Positions 1-8,757 of a DNA stretch of 64,000 nt are shown in pieces; position 1 is the stretch's first letter; each line of letters begins with the position of its first letter. The notes under the pieces are model-generated. The model saw only the letters and a list, made by a program, of their open reading frames with translations, searched no databases and was not told the origin of the DNA. The translations under genes were made by a program, and so were the position numbers. The stretch comes from Candidatus Obscuribacteraceae bacterium (lineage in GTDB: Bacteria > Cyanobacteriota > Vampirovibrionia > Obscuribacterales > Obscuribacteraceae), in NCBI GenBank assembly GCA_044229845.1, contig JBGASG010000001.1, positions 832,001-896,000 on the forward strand. Reading direction: 5' to 3'.

Positions 1-1
1 T

Positions 2-922
2 GGCGGCAAAGAATGCACACGCGTAATTGACGGTGAGAAACGCTTTGCCGTGTTCATGCGATTCCAGAAGGACGCCCGCCAGGACCCGGCTCAGTTGCAC
101 AACATTTTGGTGCCGGCCGCCGGGGGGCAGAAGGTGCCGCTTTGCCAGGTTGCTTCCATAACCACTGATGATGGCGCCACCGCCATTTTGCGCGAGAGCA
201 ACGAACGACGCATGGCTGTTAAGGCGAATATTCGGGGACGCGATCTGGGCAGCGCAGTCAAGGAAGCCCAGCAAAAGATTACCAAAGACGTGATATTGCC
301 GCCCGGTTATCGGCTGGTCTACAGCGGTCAATTCGATCGAGCGCAACACGCTCTCGGGCGCCTGGCAGTGGTGGTGCCGGCGACGCTGGCGCTGATCTTC
401 CTGCTTCTCTACATCGCATTCGATTCAACCGCCATCACCGCGACCATTATGTCGGTGGTGCCGTTGGCTGCCGCCGGCGGCATCATGGCGCTGTTTTTGA
501 CCGGCACTCATTTCAGCATCTCGGCCGGTGTGGGCTTCATCGCCCTGTTTGGTGTCTGTATTCAGAACGGCGTGATTCTGGTTTCTAAAATCGGCGAGAA
601 CATCAAGGCCAATATGTCGATGGAAGAGGCGGTATTCGACGGTGCCTTGATGCGCATGCGTCCCGTGCTGGTCGCCACCCTGGTGGCGATGGCAGGGCTG
701 GTGCCGGCGGCGCTGGCAACCGGCATCGGATCGCAGAGCCAACGGCCGTTCGCCATCGTGATTGTCGGCGGATTACTGCCGGCGACGCTCTTAGCTTTAA
801 TGCTGATTCCCGCCCTCTATCTCTGGGTGGGAGCAAAGAAGACAGCTCGTGCTGCGGCATTTGAAGCCGAGTCTCAGCGCGACCAGGTAGCCACAGTTGG
901 GGCAAGTTTAACGGAAGTGTAA
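2..922 (+). CDS. CusA/CzcA-family heavy-metal RND efflux permease (5'-truncated by window edge)
   Basis: Frame is open from position 2. C-terminal RND motifs: GFIALFGVCIQNGVILV, RMRPVLVAT, GIGSQSQRPFAIVIVGG. Confidence 0.92.
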   Translation, partial: GGKECTRVIDGEKRFAVFMRFQKDARQDPAQLHNILVPAAGGQKVPLCQVASITTDDGATAILRESNERRMAVKANIRGRDLGSAVKEAQQKITKDVILPPGYRLVYSGQFDRAQHALGRLAVVVPATLALIFLLLYIAFDSTAITATIMSVVPLAAAGGIMALFLTGTHFSISAGVGFIALFGVCIQNGVILVSKIGENIKANMSMEEAVFDGALMRMRPVLVATLVAMAGLVPAALATGIGSQSQRPFAIVIVGGLLPATLLALMLIPALYLWVGAKKTARAAAFEAESQRDQVATVGASLTEV

Positions 923-924
923 TT

Positions 925-2256
925 ATGAAAACGTCAAGCAACAGATTGATTTTTACACTGGCAACTTTGAGTTTGATGGTTCTGCCTTTGAGCGGTTGCG
1001 GTCATGCCGGAGCGGGCGGCGGCAAGGCGGAAGCGCAGGCGCAGGCGCCGGCGGCAAGACTGGGAGCCTCTCAGGCGGAGACAACGGTGGTCCGCATCAC
1101 CCCCGATGAAGAGGCGACCATGAATATCCAGTTGGAACCCGTAGGGCGCCACACTCTGGATTTCGAGGTGAAAACAACGGGCGAAGTGCTGGCCAACTTG
1201 AATACGTTGACCCACGTCAATTCGCCGGTCACCGGCCGTGCCACCGAAGTGTTGGTATCACCCGGCATGCATGTGAATGCCGGACAACCGCTTCTCTATG
1301 TCAACTCGGCTGAATTGGAAGACGACGAAGCGACCCTGCTGCAGAACAAAGCGCAGGTGAGCGCTGACTTGAAACGTGACCTGGTACAGATCGATGCCGA
1401 CATCGCCCAGGCGCAGGCGGAGCTGAAATTGTCGGACGGTAATTTCAATCGCGTCAAAACGTTGGTTGATGAAAAGATAGCCTCTCAAGCGCAGTATGAA
1501 ACTGCTAAGACGGCATTCGAAAAGGACCAGATTGCTCTGGAGGGCTTGCGGAAGAAACGTGACAACACGCTGAGCCTGTCGGATGAACGCATGCGGCTTC
1601 TCACGCAACCGATCAAAACAAAGCTGAAACTTCTGGGCGTGAATGATGCCACCATCGCGAAGGTGCTGCGTACTAATCAAATAGATCCGGCAGTGCCGAT
1701 TGGTGCACCGGAGTCAGGCACCATTTCGGAACGAAAGATTAACAACGGCGAGCTGATCGACCAGGCGCGCTGTCTGTTTACGATTGGCGATTTCCGCAGT
1801 GTCTGGCTGAAAGCCGATATATACGAAAAGGACATTCCGAAAGTCGCTCAAAACGAGCAATGCGTGCTGCAAGTCGACAGCTTCCCGGGCGAAAAGTTTT
1901 ACGGCAAGATCGACTACATGGCTGATTCAGTTGATCCTGACAGCCGCACTTTGCTTGTGCGCGCCGATGTGTCCAATCCCGGACTGAAGTTGAAGCCTAA
2001 GATGTTCGGTGAAATGCAGATTCTCACCGGCAAGCAATCGATGCTCGCTATACCCAAAACCGCCGTTCAAGAAGCAGGATCGTATCAAGTGGTTTATGTA
2101 TTTTTGAAACCGGGCGCGTACGAAGAGCGCCGCGTCAAACTTGGTGCCGAAGCAGAAAATATGGTGGAAGTGATCGGCGGATTGCAGCCCGGGGAGCGGA
2201 TCGCGACGAACGGTAGTTTTGCACTGCGCGCGCAGGCGCTCAAAGAAGAAGACTAA
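925..2256 (+). CDS. RND efflux periplasmic adaptor (CzcB/CusB-like MFP), probable lipoprotein
   Basis: LSGC lipobox, lipoyl-hairpin and coiled-coil layout, VWLKADIYEKD and LKPKMF motifs; starts 2 nt after the RND gene. Confidence 0.9.
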   Translation: MKTSSNRLIFTLATLSLMVLPLSGCGHAGAGGGKAEAQAQAPAARLGASQAETTVVRITPDEEATMNIQLEPVGRHTLDFEVKTTGEVLANLNTLTHVNSPVTGRATEVLVSPGMHVNAGQPLLYVNSAELEDDEATLLQNKAQVSADLKRDLVQIDADIAQAQAELKLSDGNFNRVKTLVDEKIASQAQYETAKTAFEKDQIALEGLRKKRDNTLSLSDERMRLLTQPIKTKLKLLGVNDATIAKVLRTNQIDPAVPIGAPESGTISERKINNGELIDQARCLFTIGDFRSVWLKADIYEKDIPKVAQNEQCVLQVDSFPGEKFYGKIDYMADSVDPDSRTLLVRADVSNPGLKLKPKMFGEMQILTGKQSMLAIPKTAVQEAGSYQVVYVFLKPGAYEERRVKLGAEAENMVEVIGGLQPGERIATNGSFALRAQALKEED

Positions 2257-2283
2257 GGAATCATTATTGTTGGGCTCTAGAAG

Positions 2284-2324
2284 CGAACCGCCGGAGGAAT
2301 TCACGCGCTCCTCACGGCGGTTCG
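2284..2324 (+). terminator. GC-rich hairpin after the efflux operon (putative terminator)
   Basis: CGAACCGCCG/CGGCGGTTCG stem plus inner GAGGA/TCCTC; weak U-tail. Confidence 0.45.
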
Positions 2325-2441
2325 ATATGTTGGAAATCGAACGTTATCCGAACAAACAAGTTACCAAAGGACTCGCTCCAAGACCAGTGATTGATTCTTC
2401 CAGCGAAGTCAGATCACACAAACGGTGGGGAGGAACCAACA

Positions 2442-2876
2442 GTGAAAGCGCCATTACAGATTCTTCTTGCGGAGGATAGCCCGGAAGCCGCCAGTCTTGT
2501 GAAGGAGGTGCTGATGGAGAGCAAGATTGCACATGTACTGAACGTCGCCGCAGACGGCGAAGAGGCGCTCGCCTTTCTACGGCAGCAACAGCCATTCGAT
2601 TACGCCTTGAGACCCGATGTCGTTTTGCTTGATCTCAACATGCCGAAAGTAGATGGCATGCAGGTCTTGAGCGAAATGAAAAACTCCGACCTCAAAGACA
2701 TTCCAGTCATTGTTTTAACCATGTCGACCAACGAGGAGGACATCGCCAGAGCGCTCGACTTAAAGATGAACTATTACATCCGCAAACCGGTCGACGCCAG
2801 ACGATTGACACCACTTCTGGAGGCAATTGGAGAACTGTGGGAAACATCCGGTTGCGACTACACACGCGACCAGTAA
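2442..2876 (+). CDS. Single-domain response regulator (Rcp1-like receiver)
   Basis: ILLAED, VLLDLNMPKVDG and YIRKP motifs; GTG at 2442 follows a GGAGG RBS. Confidence 0.88.
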   Translation: MKAPLQILLAEDSPEAASLVKEVLMESKIAHVLNVAADGEEALAFLRQQQPFDYALRPDVVLLDLNMPKVDGMQVLSEMKNSDLKDIPVIVLTMSTNEEDIARALDLKMNYYIRKPVDARRLTPLLEAIGELWETSGCDYTRDQ

Positions 2877-2941
2877 CCAGTGAGGAACCAAGCGACACAA
2901 CAATAAGTAGAAAGCATAAGTAAAGAAAAGAGGCGATTACG

Positions 2942-3322
2942 ATGCACGAAGTTCATTACATCTTTGCGGGAAATCCCCACACACCAGAACATGTTCTCTG
3001 CCAACTTTCGAAGCACGACGAAGAACGTGTGCGCCGGCGCGTAGCCGAGAATTCTACGGTTGCAGTGCACGTGCTTCAGAGATTGATGGAGGATCCCAGC
3101 CCTGAAGTGCGCAGTGCAGTGGCAAGCAACCCCAAGTTGCCGCCGGAATGCCTGCTCAGGCTGGCGCAAGATGAAAGTCCTGAAGTCCGCCTGGCAATTG
3201 CCGAGGACCTGACCGCACCACTGCTGGTGCTGAACTACCTGGCTCAGGACGAAAATCCCTATGTCGCGGCGCGTGCGCACGAAACGTTGCGACGGACGCG
3301 AACGACAGTTTACGAACACTAA
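2942..3322 (+). CDS. LRV/HEAT-like repeat protein
   Basis: Repeated LxxDxxxEVRxAVAxN units. Confidence 0.8.
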   Translation: MHEVHYIFAGNPHTPEHVLCQLSKHDEERVRRRVAENSTVAVHVLQRLMEDPSPEVRSAVASNPKLPPECLLRLAQDESPEVRLAIAEDLTAPLLVLNYLAQDENPYVAARAHETLRRTRTTVYEH

Positions 3323-3542
3323 TGCGAAGACTGATAAGGAGGTGATGTGCGCCAAAGAGCGAATCAAGCAAAAGTTCAGAAGGTCTACTAATTGGTCTAC
3401 ATGTACTTAGCAACACACTCACACATGCATGTAGAAAGAACGCTCATAACACACTCGCAACACCCCGCACGAACGGTTGCACACTAAGCCCACAGGAGGA
3501 AATCTATAGAAGCAAACTAGAAATTGCGTTGGACCGCAAGCG

Positions 3543-3574
3543 CGGGCGGGGCTTATGCCCCGCCCGTTTCTTTG
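3543..3574 (+). terminator. Rho-independent terminator
   Basis: CGGGCGGGGC-TTAT-GCCCCGCCCG followed by TTTCTTTG. Confidence 0.8.
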
Positions 3575-3622
3575 TGTGTGACCAGTGCCACTTCTGCCAA
3601 CGCGTTTCTTTCCATTCACAAT

Positions 3623-3682
3623 TCAGGGGTTGCGTTAATCCATCTTTTTGCCTCGAAAATGATGGGTTAACGCAACCCTTGA
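3623..3682. repeat. REP-like 22-bp imperfect inverted repeat
   Basis: TCAGGGGTTGCGTTAATCCATC / GATGGGTTAACGCAACCCTTGA; two mismatches, both G-U compatible. Confidence 0.75.
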
Positions 3683-3699
3683 TAACCGGCTCGAGGCTA

Positions 3700-3758
3700 A
3701 GCCAAAGCGAGATCGAGAGCCAACGCGAGATCGAGAGCCAAAGCGAGATCGAGAGCCA
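3700..3758. repeat. 18-bp tandem repeat, about 3.3 copies
   Basis: AGCCAA(A/C)GCGAGATCGAG at 3700, 3718 and 3736, plus a partial copy. Confidence 0.9.
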
Positions 3759-3814
3759 TGCTCTCTGGCTACATGAGTGCGCTCGCTCGTCTCTCGTGTG
3801 CAAACTTTGGCTGG

Positions 3815-4570
3815 CTAGTTGCGGAAGCCTCCGGAAATGCGCCAGGTCTCACCGGTCACCCAGGACGCTTCGTCCGACGCCAGGAACACCGCCGCGGGGG
3901 CGATATCATCGACCTGCCCGACGCGTCCCAGTGGTGCAGCAGCTTCGTACACTTTGCGAAATTCGGCTTCCTCGCCGGCGATACCAGCTGACTGCACACC
4001 TTCCGTTATCACCATGCCTGGATTGATCGAGTTGACGCGAATCTTCTTGGGACCGAGTTCTGCCGACAATGTGCGTGTAATACTGTCGACAGCGGCCTTG
4101 GTTGCGCTGTACACCGCGGCCGATGGCATGGCCGAGTTGCTGGCTACCGAACTTATATTGATGATCGAGCCGCCCCTCTCGCCGAATTGCTTGGCGGCTT
4201 CTTTTGATGCCAGCAGCAAGCCGAGTACGTTGAGATTGAACATCTTATGGAAGTGTTCTTCACTGACCTCTTCCAGCGGCGAAAACTCGTACACACCGGC
4301 GTTGTTGACGAGGATATCGACGTTGCCCAGAGCTTTCTTCGTATCAGCAAAGAGGCGCGCGACGTCTTGCGGCTTGCTCAGGTCTGCCTGAATTGCCACC
4401 GCTTTGCCACCACCTTTGGTTATTTCTTCCACCACCTTGTCGGCGCCTGCTTTGCTGGAGGAGTAATTGACTGCTACATTGGCACCTTCGGCGGCGAGAT
4501 GTTTCGCAATGGACGCGCCAATTCCTTTGGAGGCTCCTGTGACGAGAGCCACCTTGTTTTTGAGTTTCAT
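3815..4570 (-). CDS. Short-chain dehydrogenase/reductase (FabG/glucose 1-dehydrogenase-like)
   Basis: TGASKGIG, NNAG, YSATK and NSINPG motifs. Confidence 0.93.
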   Translation of the reverse strand: MKLKNKVALVTGASKGIGASIAKHLAAEGANVAVNYSSSKAGADKVVEEITKGGGKAVAIQADLSKPQDVARLFADTKKALGNVDILVNNAGVYEFSPLEEVSEEHFHKMFNLNVLGLLLASKEAAKQFGERGGSIINISSVASNSAMPSAAVYSATKAAVDSITRTLSAELGPKKIRVNSINPGMVITEGVQSAGIAGEEAEFRKVYEAAAPLGRVGQVDDIAPAAVFLASDEASWVTGETWRISGGFRN

Positions 4571-4649
4571 TTGTGTGATTCCTTTCGAGTTGACGAGTTG
4601 GGCTGGGGTTTTGGGCGGGGATTTCCTGGAATTGCAGCGAGCGGGAGCG

Positions 4650-5252
4650 CTACGGCTTTAGCACGTCTTCAAACATCAATTTGATGAAGACTTCCAGGGG
4701 TTCGGTATCTTTAACTGTTTTGGTACGCATCACTGCTCCGGACCAGCCGGAGAGAAATAGTTCGGCCGCGGCATCGGGAGTCCAGGACTTTTTGATCTCG
4801 CCAATTTCCTGCCCTTCGGCTATACATGCCGACACCATGTCGCGCCACTTTCTGACGACCTGCGATAGTTCTTGACGGAGACGTTCACTCTGGTCGGACA
4901 TTTCCTGGCTAAGGCTGCCAATGAAACATCCGTGTCTACACTCTTTGGCAGCTAGTTTTGCCTTGCCGTCTTCGCAGTAGCTGCGCAGGCGCTGAATAGG
5001 AGTTTCTTTGGGATTGCGCATCATGCGCAGCAGTTGGGCTGAATAATGTTGATCGTAGTGACGGATGATCTCGATGGCGTAGGTTTCTTTGCTGTCGAAG
5101 TAATGGTAGAAGGAGCCTTTCGGAACACCAAGTGCATTCAAGATTTCCTGGATGCCGGTGTTTGAATAACCTTTCTGCTGCATGATCTCCAGACCCACTT
5201 CCAGGAGGGCTGTGCGGGTCTCTTGCTTAGGGGCAGTCTTTGTCGTGCTCAT
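4650..5252 (-). CDS. TetR-family regulator, NemR-like
   Basis: HTH GIQEILNALGVPKGSFYHYF and GCFIG motif. Likely start is ATG 5252, downstream of the promoter at 5299-5327. Confidence 0.88.
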   Translation of the reverse strand: MSTTKTAPKQETRTALLEVGLEIMQQKGYSNTGIQEILNALGVPKGSFYHYFDSKETYAIEIIRHYDQHYSAQLLRMMRNPKETPIQRLRSYCEDGKAKLAAKECRHGCFIGSLSQEMSDQSERLRQELSQVVRKWRDMVSACIAEGQEIGEIKKSWTPDAAAELFLSGWSGAVMRTKTVKDTEPLEVFIKLMFEDVLKP

Positions 5253-5298
5253 ATCGGTGGAATCCGTCTGCTGAGTTGTATGCGTGGACTCTATTAAT

Positions 5299-5327
5299 AG
5301 AATAGACCGGTCGGTCATATGTGTCAA
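5299..5327 (-). promoter_or_regulatory. Sigma70-type promoter with NemR-type operator in the spacer
   Basis: Minus strand TTGACA-N17-TATTCT; operator TAGACCGGTCGGTCAT at 5303-5318. Confidence 0.8.
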
Positions 5328-5399
5328 CGGCCGCTGGGGTCGGTTGGTGGCGTGGGCGCTGCTGGTCTCATACTTCAAAGTATCCACTGGTGCCATGTT

Positions 5400-5672
5400 C
5401 TAGGCTCCGATCGCTTCTTGTTCTCTGTGCAGGAGAATAGACCGGTCGTCTCTAATTAGGCCGTTAAATTTGGCGTTGAGAGCCAGTTCTAGCGGATGTC
5501 TGCGGATCTGTTCTTTTGTCACTCTGTCTTGTTCGTTCACCAGGTGACCGGTCCAGACAGCGCGTAGCTGTTCCTGGTTCTGATGCTGTTTTTCTGGGGT
5601 TTCCGGTTGGTCTTCGTATTCGGGGTACGTTTCGATGCCGAACGTATAGGTGGTTTCTTCTGTGTCAAACAT
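5400..5672 (-). CDS. Small acidic hypothetical protein (90 aa)
   Basis: ATG with a GAGG RBS directly downstream of the promoter at 5709-5737; no recognisable domain. Confidence 0.55.
   Translation of the reverse strand: MFDTEETTYTFGIETYPEYEDQPETPEKQHQNQEQLRAVWTGHLVNEQDRVTKEQIRRHPLELALNAKFNGLIRDDRSILLHREQEAIGA
5438..5453. promoter_or_regulatory. Degenerate third operator copy, intragenic
   Basis: AGAA-TAGACCGGTCGTCTCT matches the other two copies over the left part. Confidence 0.6.
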
Positions 5673-5708
5673 TGTTCTGAACCTCGGCGGTGTTGCTTTA
5701 ATACATCT

Positions 5709-5737
5709 AGAATAGACCGGTCGGTCTAATGCGTCAA
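5709..5737 (-). promoter_or_regulatory. Sigma70-type promoter with perfect NemR-type operator
   Basis: Minus strand TTGACG-N17-TATTCT; TAGACC-GGTC-GGTCTA at 5713-5728. Confidence 0.8.
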
Positions 5738-5851
5738 GTCGCCCAAAAATGAACAGTTAACTCAACTGTAAGGCAAATAGGGTATGGCATATAGCCATTT
5801 TGAGTTCTTTAAGCAGATGCTTTAACTCGCGCGCCGCGCCACTTTATCAGC

Positions 5852-5955
5852 TTGCGTCAGTTTTGATGCAAGCAAGGCAAAATCTGCTTGCGAGATGGCT
5901 CCATAGAGGTGATCGGCAAGCAAAAAACCGGGTTCCTGCATCAAAACTGACGCAA
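5852..5955. repeat. 104-bp element closed by a perfect 19-bp inverted repeat
   Basis: TTGCGTCAGTTTTGATGCA (5852-5870) / TGCATCAAAACTGACGCAA (5937-5955). Confidence 0.8.
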
Positions 5956-6179
5956 TGGTCTTGAATCCCAGGGCGCAACGGACTTTGGAACGCGTACATC
6001 TATATAAAAGGAAGGCGACACGCCGCGGCTGCTGCGCCGAATATATGTCGGCGCCTGGCTCTGGAGGCGACAATGCGTGAGATGACTTCTTCGGGGCACC
6101 GCGTGTGGTGCGCAGGTAAAATCGGTGATACGCTGGCGAAGGTCTACAGAAGCCAATCCCGGAGTGTTGCGCTTTCGTT

Positions 6180-6353
6180 GCAATTGTCCAACACGCGTGT
6201 TGGATGTACAGGATAACCCCGAAAACACTGGGGTTTTGCAAGCAAAGATTCACTTGCAAACCCGCCCCAAATCGGCTTGCAGGGGCTAGATTAGTATGTG
6301 AACCGTCAATGGTTTTGCTCGTTTTCTCCCACTTTCCCGTGTTGAACAATTGC
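6180..6353. other. Structured intergenic element (candidate ncRNA or leader)
   Basis: 16-bp IR with one mismatch (6180-6195/6338-6353) enclosing several hairpins; perfect 18-bp palindrome at 6187-6204. Confidence 0.45.
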
Positions 6354-6447
6354 TAGATCAGTCTGGGCGGGTGTACCGGGCAGATGGTTCGAAAAGGAAT
6401 CCCCATCAGGGGCGCAAGCTGGTTGCGCTCACTTCGAGGAGCGGTAA

Positions 6448-6858
6448 ATGACGCAGACCACTTCTGAAACGGTGCAAAGATCGCGGTTGCTTCTCGCAGA
6501 GTACGCAGAAACATCCGCGGAACTTTTGTCCGTGTTGGCGAGAGATCCTATAAGTGAGGTTCGACTCGCGGTGGCAGAAAACCCTGCCACGCCACACTCT
6601 CTCCTGGAGTTGCTGGCACTTGATGAAGATCCGGATGTCCGTTGGGCAATGGCTTCTAATCCGCAGCTTCCACCCGGTATCTTAGTCCTGCTGGCGCAGG
6701 ACGATAACCCATATGTCGCGCATCGCGCATCGCGCACGATGTCCAAGTTAGCTGCAGCAACTGAAAACCGCGTGGCCAGATTTCCCGATCGCTGGACTCA
6801 AGATCGAGATCGCACGCAACAACTCGCTGCAATCGGACCGAGGGCGGCACTGGGCTAG
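6448..6858 (+). CDS. LRV/HEAT-like repeat protein (paralogue of 2942-3322)
   Basis: EVRLAVAENP, DVRWAMASNP and LAQDDNPYVA repeats; GAGGAG RBS. Confidence 0.8.
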   Translation: MTQTTSETVQRSRLLLAEYAETSAELLSVLARDPISEVRLAVAENPATPHSLLELLALDEDPDVRWAMASNPQLPPGILVLLAQDDNPYVAHRASRTMSKLAAATENRVARFPDRWTQDRDRTQQLAAIGPRAALG

Positions 6859-6906
6859 GCGGGACCCAGGAGATGTTTACAGACTCACCTTGAGCAGGAA
6901 ACATCT

Positions 6907-7899
6907 ATGAACACTGCATATAACAACTCAATAGATGAACGCAAAAACGATGCGGACTATCTCGCGTCGGCGATCACAATCAGCGATGAAGAAACGTTTC
7001 TGCAACTGGTCAAGGAACTGGCTCAGGGTGCGGAAGCCCTGACCAGTGAAGCCGAGCAACCGGCGCAGCCGACACTTGCGCAATCTCTTCTTCAGTCGCG
7101 CAAAAACACCGGCTCTCTCTTGGGCAGCAGCTCAACTTGTGATGATGATATTGCCTGGCCAGAAGATCCGGTGAAACAACCTGTTGTCGAAAGCCCTCAG
7201 GTTACCTCCGGGCGCCGTCGTCTGCGCTACATGCAAGCGGACGAACCTTGCAATCACGAACTTTGCGAAATCACCACGCGCACCACGTTCAAAGAATACT
7301 GTGCCCGCATGGGCGTGCGCCTGGTATCGCGTTGCCTGGGCAGAGAAGACGTTCACTTGCCGCCCTATCTCGATGTGGTGGCAGAAGCGTACTATCGGCG
7401 CAAGCTCTTCGATCAAGCGGAACAAATCCACATGCGGTCGCTGGCTTTGCGTCGGTTTCATCTGGGACGTCTGCATGAAGACTGCGCCCTCAATCTGGAA
7501 GGGCTGGCGCGCATCAAGCGTGATACAGGCAAGTGTGGAATTGCTGCGCGCCACTTCAAAGAAGCCATCGAAGTGCGCGCTAAGTGTGTGCGCAAGTTGA
7601 TGTTTTTTGACATCAACGGACTTTGCGAAGATAAGGCAACGGCCAGGTCGATTGTCGCTCTACTTGGCACAGTCAACGAACTGGCAATGATGTACTGCTC
7701 CGAAGGGAAATATGAGGAGAGCCAGAAACAGTTCGAGCATGCTCTGGCTGTCTGGAACAGCCTGCCTCTGATTTGCTCGGAGGCGTTGCTTGTTCTCCTG
7801 CGATCCATTTTGCTCAACTACAAATACTTGCTGGTGCGAATGGATCGCTATGAAGAAGCCGAAGCGATCGAGCGCCGCCGACGCTATCTATATGACTGA
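6907..7899 (+). CDS. Tetratricopeptide repeat protein
   Basis: Kinesin-light-chain-type TPRs (AEQIHMRSLAL, NELAMMYCSEGKYEE). Confidence 0.75.
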   Translation: MNTAYNNSIDERKNDADYLASAITISDEETFLQLVKELAQGAEALTSEAEQPAQPTLAQSLLQSRKNTGSLLGSSSTCDDDIAWPEDPVKQPVVESPQVTSGRRRLRYMQADEPCNHELCEITTRTTFKEYCARMGVRLVSRCLGREDVHLPPYLDVVAEAYYRRKLFDQAEQIHMRSLALRRFHLGRLHEDCALNLEGLARIKRDTGKCGIAARHFKEAIEVRAKCVRKLMFFDINGLCEDKATARSIVALLGTVNELAMMYCSEGKYEESQKQFEHALAVWNSLPLICSEALLVLLRSILLNYKYLLVRMDRYEEAEAIERRRRYLYD

Positions 7900-7952
7900 A
7901 TTTTCTTCCGTCCGTAACTAATGGTTCCTGCACACAGGCCTCGTGGCCTGCG

Positions 7953-7992
7953 AATCTGCTGCTGCTTCCCTTCTGGAGGGCAGCAGCAGGTT
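7953..7992 (+). terminator. Hairpin after the TPR gene (putative terminator)
   Basis: AATCTGCTGCTG / CAGCAGCAGGTT stem with inner CCCTT/GAGGG. Confidence 0.4.
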
Positions 7993-8123
7993 GTGTTGGG
8001 CGTTCTGAGATCTCTTGCCAAGTGAGACCTTGAACGTGTGTCCTTGGATTGTATACAATTTTCGACTCGGCAACCTTTGTCTCGCGCACAGCGCCGCAAT
8101 ATATCGCCCTGGAGAATCCGCAC

Positions 8124-8558
8124 ATGAAACTCAAAGTTGTAGTTCCCGTGGTGTCCATCATCGTTCTGGTGGCGGTCGCCGCCTGCGGCTGGGCGTACAT
8201 GAACGCCCAGAACCAACAGGCTGATGCAGAGCGCGAATCGAACATGTCGGTGCTGGATGGCGGTCGAAGGAACCCGAACACCACCATTGTCAAAGCTGCC
8301 AAGGACATTCATAAAGGGCAGACGATTGCCCCGGACGACCTGGAAGAAAGTTCAATTCCTATCTCAAAGGTTCCTGAGAGCGCGCTGGGCTCGTCGTCTA
8401 TGGCGGGTGGCAGAGTTGCAGCTGTGGACATAGCCCAGGGGACGGTACTTCTTTCTGGACACCTGGTAGCACAGATCGCACCATCAGCCTCACAAGAGTC
8501 TAGGAGCAGCGACGCCACTGCAGCCAAGCCTCATAAGAAACACGGAAAACACAAGTAG
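8124..8558 (+). CDS. Membrane-anchored SAF-domain protein (CpaB-like)
   Basis: N-terminal TM helix; IVKAAKDIHKGQTI...GRVAAVDIAQG SAF motif; GGAG RBS before ATG 8124. Confidence 0.78.
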   Translation: MKLKVVVPVVSIIVLVAVAACGWAYMNAQNQQADAERESNMSVLDGGRRNPNTTIVKAAKDIHKGQTIAPDDLEESSIPISKVPESALGSSSMAGGRVAAVDIAQGTVLLSGHLVAQIAPSASQESRSSDATAAKPHKKHGKHK

Positions 8559-8578
8559 CTGCGCGCGGAGGATTCGTT

Positions 8579-8722
8579 GTGAAACCAAAAGTTGTTGTCG
8601 CTGTCGTATCGGTGATCGTTCTAGTCGCAATCGCTGCTTGTGCATGGGCATACATGAGGGCCCAGAGTGAGAAGGCCGAGCAGGACGCGAAAGCAAACAT
8701 GAGTGTAATTGACGGACCTTAG
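8579..8722 (+). CDS. 47-aa truncated paralogue of the upstream SAF protein (TM segment only); small protein or pseudogene
   Basis: GGAGGA RBS, GTG start. MKPKVVVAVVSVIVLVAIAACAWAYMRAQSEKAEQDAKANMSVIDGP aligns with the N-terminus of 8124-8558. Confidence 0.7.
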   Translation: MKPKVVVAVVSVIVLVAIAACAWAYMRAQSEKAEQDAKANMSVIDGP

Positions 8723-8757
8723 ATGGATAGCGGATGCGCACCAGGAGTAGTGGCACT

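Noticed and set aside
4650..5672. The 90-aa ORF is in frame with the TetR ORF across one TAG (possible readthrough fusion)
   Set aside because: A complete promoter-operator lies between them and TetR is normal length from ATG 5252, so the shared frame is probably chance.
5822..6349. 175-aa minus-strand ORF in the large intergenic gap
   Set aside because: Atypical composition, no domain, and overlap with inverted-repeat elements.
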